From Nitrospirota bacterium (lineage in GTDB: Bacteria > Nitrospirota > Thermodesulfovibrionia > UBA6902): a DNA stretch of 64,000 nt. Shown piece by piece: positions 59,176-64,000 of the stretch (positions within the stretch are counted from its first letter, which is position 1; each line of letters starts with the position of its first letter). The stretch is taken from assembly GCA_016213945.1 (NCBI GenBank), contig JACQZF010000029.1:3981-67980 (forward strand), in the 5' to 3' direction. Below the pieces are notes generated by a model that was not told where the DNA came from, made no database searches, and worked only from the letters and a program-made list of their open reading frames with translations. The position numbers were made by a program, and so were the translations under genes.

Positions 59176-60039
59176 CTATATAGGTATCACGTAATTAAAC
59201 AGGGTGGAGACAAAAACTGTGACGCTTATGTATCCGTTCATATTGAAAAAGGCGATATTGAGCTTGCTCAAATCATGGGGTTTTACGAGTGAATGCTCAT
59301 AAAGCAGAAGCCCTGTGGCCAATAAAACGCCGAATAAATAAAAACCGTTTAATTTAAAAATAGGTATCAGGCTTAACAGCAGCCCTATGGTGATTATGTG
59401 GAATGTGCGCGCTGTCCAGAGCGAGGCATTTATGCCGAAGATGCTCGGGATGGAATAGAGCCCGTGTTTTTTGTCGAAGTCAATGTCCTGCAGGCCGTAA
59501 AGCGCGTCAAAGCCCGCAACCCAGAACATGACCGCGAAACAGAGTGGCAGTATTTCTGCATCGAAAGTCCCCTTCACGGCAATCCACGCGCCGAGGGGTG
59601 CAAGTGAGAGCGCGATTCCCAAAATGATGTGACAAAGCCATGTAAATCTTTTCGTATATGAATAAGTAAAAAGCACAAGGAGGAACAGCGGAGAAATTTT
59701 GAAGCAGAGAGGATTAAGCTTGTAAGCGGAAAGCAGCAGAAGGGCGAACGCAATGGCAGTAAAGATAAAGGCCTCCCATGTTTTTATGACCCCCCTCGGA
59801 AGTTCCCTGTTTCTGGTCCTCGGATTAAGCGCGTCAATGTTTTTGTCAACTATCCTGTTCATGCCCATCGCGCCGGTCCGGCCGCTGACCATTGCAACCG
59901 TAATCCAGAATATCTGATTCAGGGACGGCAGGCCCCCCGCGGCAATTATCGCCGAAGTAAAAGCAAAAGGAAGCGCAAATATGGAATGCGAGAATTTTAT
60001 CAGCCGCAAATAATCCGTAATCTTTTTAAAGAGAGTCAT
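59176..60039 (-). CDS. UbiA-like prenyltransferase (MqnP-type, futalosine menaquinone pathway)
   Basis: IKFSHSIFALPFA, NRIVD..ID..NPRT..RELP, YSYTKRF, AGFD..Y.LQD, AFFNMNG. Confidence 0.88.
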   Translation of the reverse strand: MTLFKKITDYLRLIKFSHSIFALPFAFTSAIIAAGGLPSLNQIFWITVAMVSGRTGAMGMNRIVDKNIDALNPRTRNRELPRGVIKTWEAFIFTAIAFALLLLSAYKLNPLCFKISPLFLLVLFTYSYTKRFTWLCHIILGIALSLAPLGAWIAVKGTFDAEILPLCFAVMFWVAGFDALYGLQDIDFDKKHGLYSIPSIFGINASLWTARTFHIITIGLLLSLIPIFKLNGFYLFGVLLATGLLLYEHSLVKPHDLSKLNIAFFNMNGYISVTVFVSTLFNYVIPI

Positions 60040-60242
60040 AAGAGCTACCCTAATAATGGAATCTGTTTTATTGTAATTTTTAAGGCCATTAAATGCAACA
60101 GGATTTTATGAAAAGCGCAAAAGAGCAAAAGTTCAAAAGTGCAGAAGTAAAAAAACGACTGAAATTTATTTTTTTAATTATTGCGCTATTGCTCTTTTGC
60201 ACTTCCGCGCTTCCTTCTTGTTTAGGGTATAATATCTCATCT

Positions 60243-60419
60243 ATGAAGAGAGATATCTGGATATTCCTTTTTGTCCTCGGGGCTGTCCTTTTCAGTTGGC
60301 CTGTCGTCAGCATATTCAAATACGACCTGTCGAAATATTTTTTCATGGCGTGGCTTATTTTCATCGCCCTGATCTTCTTTGCAACAATATACTCAAAAAA
60401 GAAAAACAACGGAGGTTGA
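60243..60419 (+). CDS. Small two-TM protein preceding the SSS-kinase (58 aa)
   Basis: MKRDIWIFLFVLGAVLFSWP...YFFMAWLIFIALIF; directly abuts the SSS gene. Confidence 0.7.
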   Translation: MKRDIWIFLFVLGAVLFSWPVVSIFKYDLSKYFFMAWLIFIALIFFATIYSKKKNNGG

Positions 60420-61386
60420 TTGTTTTCTCCCGCAGCCTTGATCTCCATCATATTCGCCTATCTGATGCTGCTCTTTCTGATAGCCTATTACGCCGAAAGG
60501 AAAGAGCGCAAAGGCAGCAATCTCGTATCAAACCCTTATGTATATTCGCTTTCCCTCGCGGTTTACTGCACGTCGTGGACCTTCTACGGCAGCGTGGGCA
60601 AGGCGGCAAACGCGGGCCTGAGCTTTCTCACAATTTATATCGGCCCCACCCTAATGGCCGCTTTGTGGTGGGTGGTCCTTGGAAAAATCGTTTACATCTG
60701 CAAGGAGAACAGGATCACAACGATGTCGGACTTCATAGCGTCTCGCTACGGCAATTCGCTTTTCCTTTCAGCCCTCGTGACCCTTGTCGCTGTTATCGGC
60801 ATAACGCCGTACCTCGGGCTGCAGCTCAAGGCAGTCATGACCACCTTCGCTATCCTCTCGGGTGAACCGGAGGGGGGCCAGTTCGCGGGATGGTTTATCA
60901 CTCTCGTGTTAGGTGTCTTCGCGATCTTTTTCGGGGCGAGAAAGGTTGACGTTTCAGAGCGCCACGGCGGCCTTATCTTTGCCATTGCCTTTGAATCGGC
61001 GATAAAACTTGTTGCCTTCATATCCGTAGGGCTTTTTGTGACCTACGGGCTGTTTGACGGAGTGGGCGGCATATTCGAGAAGATCAGGAATTCGCAATTC
61101 TCAAACCTTATGCTCCTCGGTCAGGATTCAAACGTGAGTTTCACCGAATGGACTTCCCTGACGTTCCTCTCGATGATGGCTATCATGTTTCTTCCAAGAC
61201 AGTTTCACGTGTCTGTTGTTGAAAACTCTTCATATGAGCACATTCATATGAGCACATTAAAAAAGCCATGGACTTGGGTTGAGTATCTGCTATGGCATAA
61301 TAAAGGACCACAACGGAACAATAAACGTGAAGAGCAAAAAGGGAGAAGGCACAACATTTATAATAAGGCTGCCGAAAACGGTATGA
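60420..61386 (+). pseudogene. SLC5/SSS-domain sensor histidine kinase (CbrA/CrbS/PrlS-like) with a large internal deletion
   Basis: YSLSLAVYCTSWTFYGSVG and LPRQFHV.VVE; 14-bp duplication at 61231-61258; then 61270-61386 encodes the HATPase tail GLGLSICYGIIKDHNGTINVKSKKGEGTTFIIRLP. Confidence 0.85.
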
Positions 61387-61624
61387 GGCTTCAATTTTAT
61401 CTGAGCGTAAAAATATTTAAAGTTGTTCAAGACAGAGAAAGCGGTTTCAGTATTTCTATGATCGACAGGATGTTGAAATTTTTGTTACATGCAATCGATA
61501 TTGGTTTATTAACTCTATGCTCTTTGCCCTATGCCCTATGCTTATTCTTAAAGGTGTCGCATAGAAATCCTTCAACCGCTTCCCCTGTCTTATTGGGCAG
61601 TTCTAATCTGATAATGGGGTAAAC

Positions 61625-62002
61625 ATGGAGAAAAAATTAATCATTGTTGAGGACGAAGAGACCTTGTGTGAATCCCTGAAACGGGTGCTCACAAGAGAAG
61701 GCTATGCCGTTGACGCGGTCAACTCCGCTGAAGACGCCTTCACCATGCTGGAAGAAAAAGAGTATGACCTGATAATCACCGACATCATACTTCCGGGCCT
61801 TAACGGGATAAAGCTGATAAAGAGGATCAAAGAGAAAAATCCGGAGCAGACCGTTGTGGTGATGACGGCATATGCTTCACTGGAAACCGCTGAAGAGGCG
61901 CTAAGGGCAGGCGCTTTTGATTATATTGTTAAGCCGGTGATGCATGAAGAGATAAAACAGATCGTCAAAAACGCCCTCACGCGGGAGACGCCGCAAAAGT
62001 GA
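61625..62002 (+). CDS. Single-domain response regulator
   Basis: IVEDE, ITDIILPG.NG, MTAY, YIVKP. Confidence 0.92.
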   Translation: MEKKLIIVEDEETLCESLKRVLTREGYAVDAVNSAEDAFTMLEEKEYDLIITDIILPGLNGIKLIKRIKEKNPEQTVVVMTAYASLETAEEALRAGAFDYIVKPVMHEEIKQIVKNALTRETPQK

Positions 62003-62035
62003 TCGTTCGCAGCTTGTGCCGGCCACGCGATCAGT

Positions 62036-64000
62036 TCACCCCTTTATCCCCAGTTCGATCAGCTTGTTCTTGATTGCCTTTATCCGGTCTCTCAGCTCCG
62101 CGGCTTTTTCGAAATCGAGTTTCGCCGCGGCCTGCTTCATTTCATCTTCAAGTTTTTTGATCGCTGCTTCATCGCCGTATTCGACCTTTTCCTCCGCCAC
62201 AACAGGCACGGTCCAGTAGTCCGCTTCGTAGATTGAACTGAGGATGTTCGTTATCTCCTTCTTGATAGACGTCGGCGTTATGTTGTGCTTTTTGTTGTAG
62301 GCCTCCTGGATCTTTCGCCGTCTGTTGGTTTCGTCCATGGCGTTTTTCATCGAGCCTGTAATTCTATCAGCGTAGAATATGACCATGCCGTTAATGTTTC
62401 TCGCTGCCCTGCCCATTGTCTGGATCAGTGAACGTGTGGAACGAAGAAACCCTTCCTTGTCAGCGTCGAATATCGCGACAAGCGACACCTCCGGGATGTC
62501 CAGTCCTTCCCTCAATAAATTTACCCCGATGAGCACGTCAAATTTTCCAAGCCTCAGGTCTCTGAGTATCTCCACCCTCTCAAGGGTGTCAATATCCGAA
62601 TGCAGGTAGCGGGCCTTCAAACTTAATTCAGAATAATACTCAGTGATGTCCTCGGCCATTTTCTTTGTCAGCGTGGTTACCAGGACCCTTTCTCCTCTTT
62701 CAGCCCTCGTTCTGATCTCACCGAGGAGATCATCGATCTGCCCGGCTACGGGACGCACTTCAATGACCGGATCCATTAACCCGGTGGGCCTGACGATCTG
62801 CTCCGCTATCCTGAGGTTTGATTTTTTGACCTCATAGTCAGATGGGGTCGCGGACACGTAGATCGCCTGCTTGACCCTGTGTTCAAATTCGTTGAACCTG
62901 AGCGGTCGGTTATCAAGAGCCGACGGCAGGCGGAAGCCGTAATCCACAAGCGTCTGTTTCCTCGACCTGTCGCCCTCGTACATCCCGCCGATCTGCGGGA
63001 TTGTCGCGTGGGATTCGTCAATGACAAGGAGAAAGTCTTCAGGGAAATAATCAATGAGGCAGAACGGCGGCTCCCCCGGGGCCCTGCCGCTTAAGTGTCG
63101 CGAATAATTTTCAATCCCGTGGCAGTATCCGAATTCCTTGAGCATCTCCATGTCAAAGCGCGTCTTCTGCTCAAGCCTCTTTGCCTCAAGGTGTTTGTCC
63201 TGCCTGAGAAAAAAAGTGAGCCGCTCATCAAGTTCTTTGATGATCTCTTTCATGGCCCTCTCTATCCTCGGCCTCGGCGTTATCCAGTGGCTGTTCGGAT
63301 AGAGTGCGATCTTTTCAAGACGCCTTTTGACACTGCCTGAGAGGGAATCAAACTCATACAGGCCGTCAATGTCGTCGCCGAAGAATTCCACCCTCAGCGC
63401 ATTGTCGCCTGAGAACGAGGGGAATATCTCGACAACATCTCCCCGCACCCTGAATGTCCCGCGTTTAAAATCCTCGCTGCGCTCATAAAGCATGTCCACA
63501 AGCTTTCTCAAAAACGCGTCCCTCTCGGTGCGCATCCCCTCCTCAATTAAAAGATGCATCCCCATATAATCCTCAGGCGAGCCGATGCCGTAAATGCACG
63601 AGACCGAGGCGACAACAATAGTGTCGTTCCTCTCCAGCACGGAGCGTGTCGCCGCGTGCCTCAGCCTGTCAATGTCCTCGTTTATCATGGAGTCTTTTTC
63701 AATATACGTGTCGGTGGACGGGAGGTACGCTTCAGGCTGGTAGTAATCGTAGAAGCTCACAAAATATTCCACGGCGTTTTCCGGGAAGAAGGACTTGAAC
63801 TCACCGTAAAGCTGCGCCGCAAGGGTCTTGTTGTGGGCAATGACGAGCGTCGGTTTATTCACATTCTCGATGACGTTAGCAACCGTGAACGTCTTGCCCG
63901 AACCTGTGACACCGAGGAGCACCTGGTGCTTGTGGTCTTTCAGGATGCCTTCATTGAGCGTCTCAATCGCCTTCGGCTGGTCACCCGTAGGCTCGAAGTC
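62036..64000 (-). CDS. uvrB: Excinuclease ABC subunit B (5' end beyond the window)
   Basis: Frame open to the edge ([12 protein letters not shown]...), [28 protein letters not shown]-terminal UVR domain. Confidence 0.98.
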   Translation of the reverse strand, partial: DFEPTGDQPKAIETLNEGILKDHKHQVLLGVTGSGKTFTVANVIENVNKPTLVIAHNKTLAAQLYGEFKSFFPENAVEYFVSFYDYYQPEAYLPSTDTYIEKDSMINEDIDRLRHAATRSVLERNDTIVVASVSCIYGIGSPEDYMGMHLLIEEGMRTERDAFLRKLVDMLYERSEDFKRGTFRVRGDVVEIFPSFSGDNALRVEFFGDDIDGLYEFDSLSGSVKRRLEKIALYPNSHWITPRPRIERAMKEIIKELDERLTFFLRQDKHLEAKRLEQKTRFDMEMLKEFGYCHGIENYSRHLSGRAPGEPPFCLIDYFPEDFLLVIDESHATIPQIGGMYEGDRSRKQTLVDYGFRLPSALDNRPLRFNEFEHRVKQAIYVSATPSDYEVKKSNLRIAEQIVRPTGLMDPVIEVRPVAGQIDDLLGEIRTRAERGERVLVTTLTKKMAEDITEYYSELSLKARYLHSDIDTLERVEILRDLRLGKFDVLIGVNLLREGLDIPEVSLVAIFDADKEGFLRSTRSLIQTMGRAARNINGMVIFYADRITGSMKNAMDETNRRRKIQEAYNKKHNITPTSIKKEITNILSSIYEADYWTVPVVAEEKVEYGDEAAIKKLEDEMKQAAAKLDFEKAAELRDRIKAIKNKLIELGIKG

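Noticed and set aside
60093-60242. N-terminal extension of the small membrane protein (108-aa ORF)
   Set aside because: The extension is translated 8-mer repeat hairpin and promoter DNA; the likely start is the ATG at 60243.
60420-61622. Intact 400-aa sodium:solute symporter
   Set aside because: Residues after YEHI come from a duplication, an out-of-frame kinase tail and intergenic/repeat DNA.

Overview
Bacterial chromosomal window, mostly housekeeping genes. Gene content and protein style suggest an anaerobic diderm such as Nitrospirota/Thermodesulfovibrionia or a Desulfobacterota relative (inference only). It carries panD-gatC-pcrA, glmU-glmS, tig-clpP-clpX-rluD, argG-dprA-topA, wbaP, rubredoxin, galT with a GAF/PAS kinase and receiver, tRNA-Ser(GCT), tRNA-Arg(ACG), hypCABED, apt/mtnP, infB-ylxP-rbfA-nrnA, rpmB-dciA, lptFG, a UbiA/MqnP-type prenyltransferase and a partial uvrB. 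Accessory content includes a MazF-type TA pair, a Fic-wHTH gene with a doubled operator, and an AT-rich island (~39.4-45.2 kb). The island encodes a stand-alone SIR2 translationally coupled to a 1204-aa TIR protein with a long helical C-terminus, followed by an XRE/ImmA-IrrE pair; this is the best candidate for an undescribed anti-phage system. A palindromic repeat is inserted in-frame in two unrelated proteins, with partial copies in two more. There are eight copies of a dRS3/REP-like intergenic palindrome and many hairpins built from short tandem repeats. Several genes are broken by short duplications, deletions or a frameshift, which may be real decay or assembly errors.
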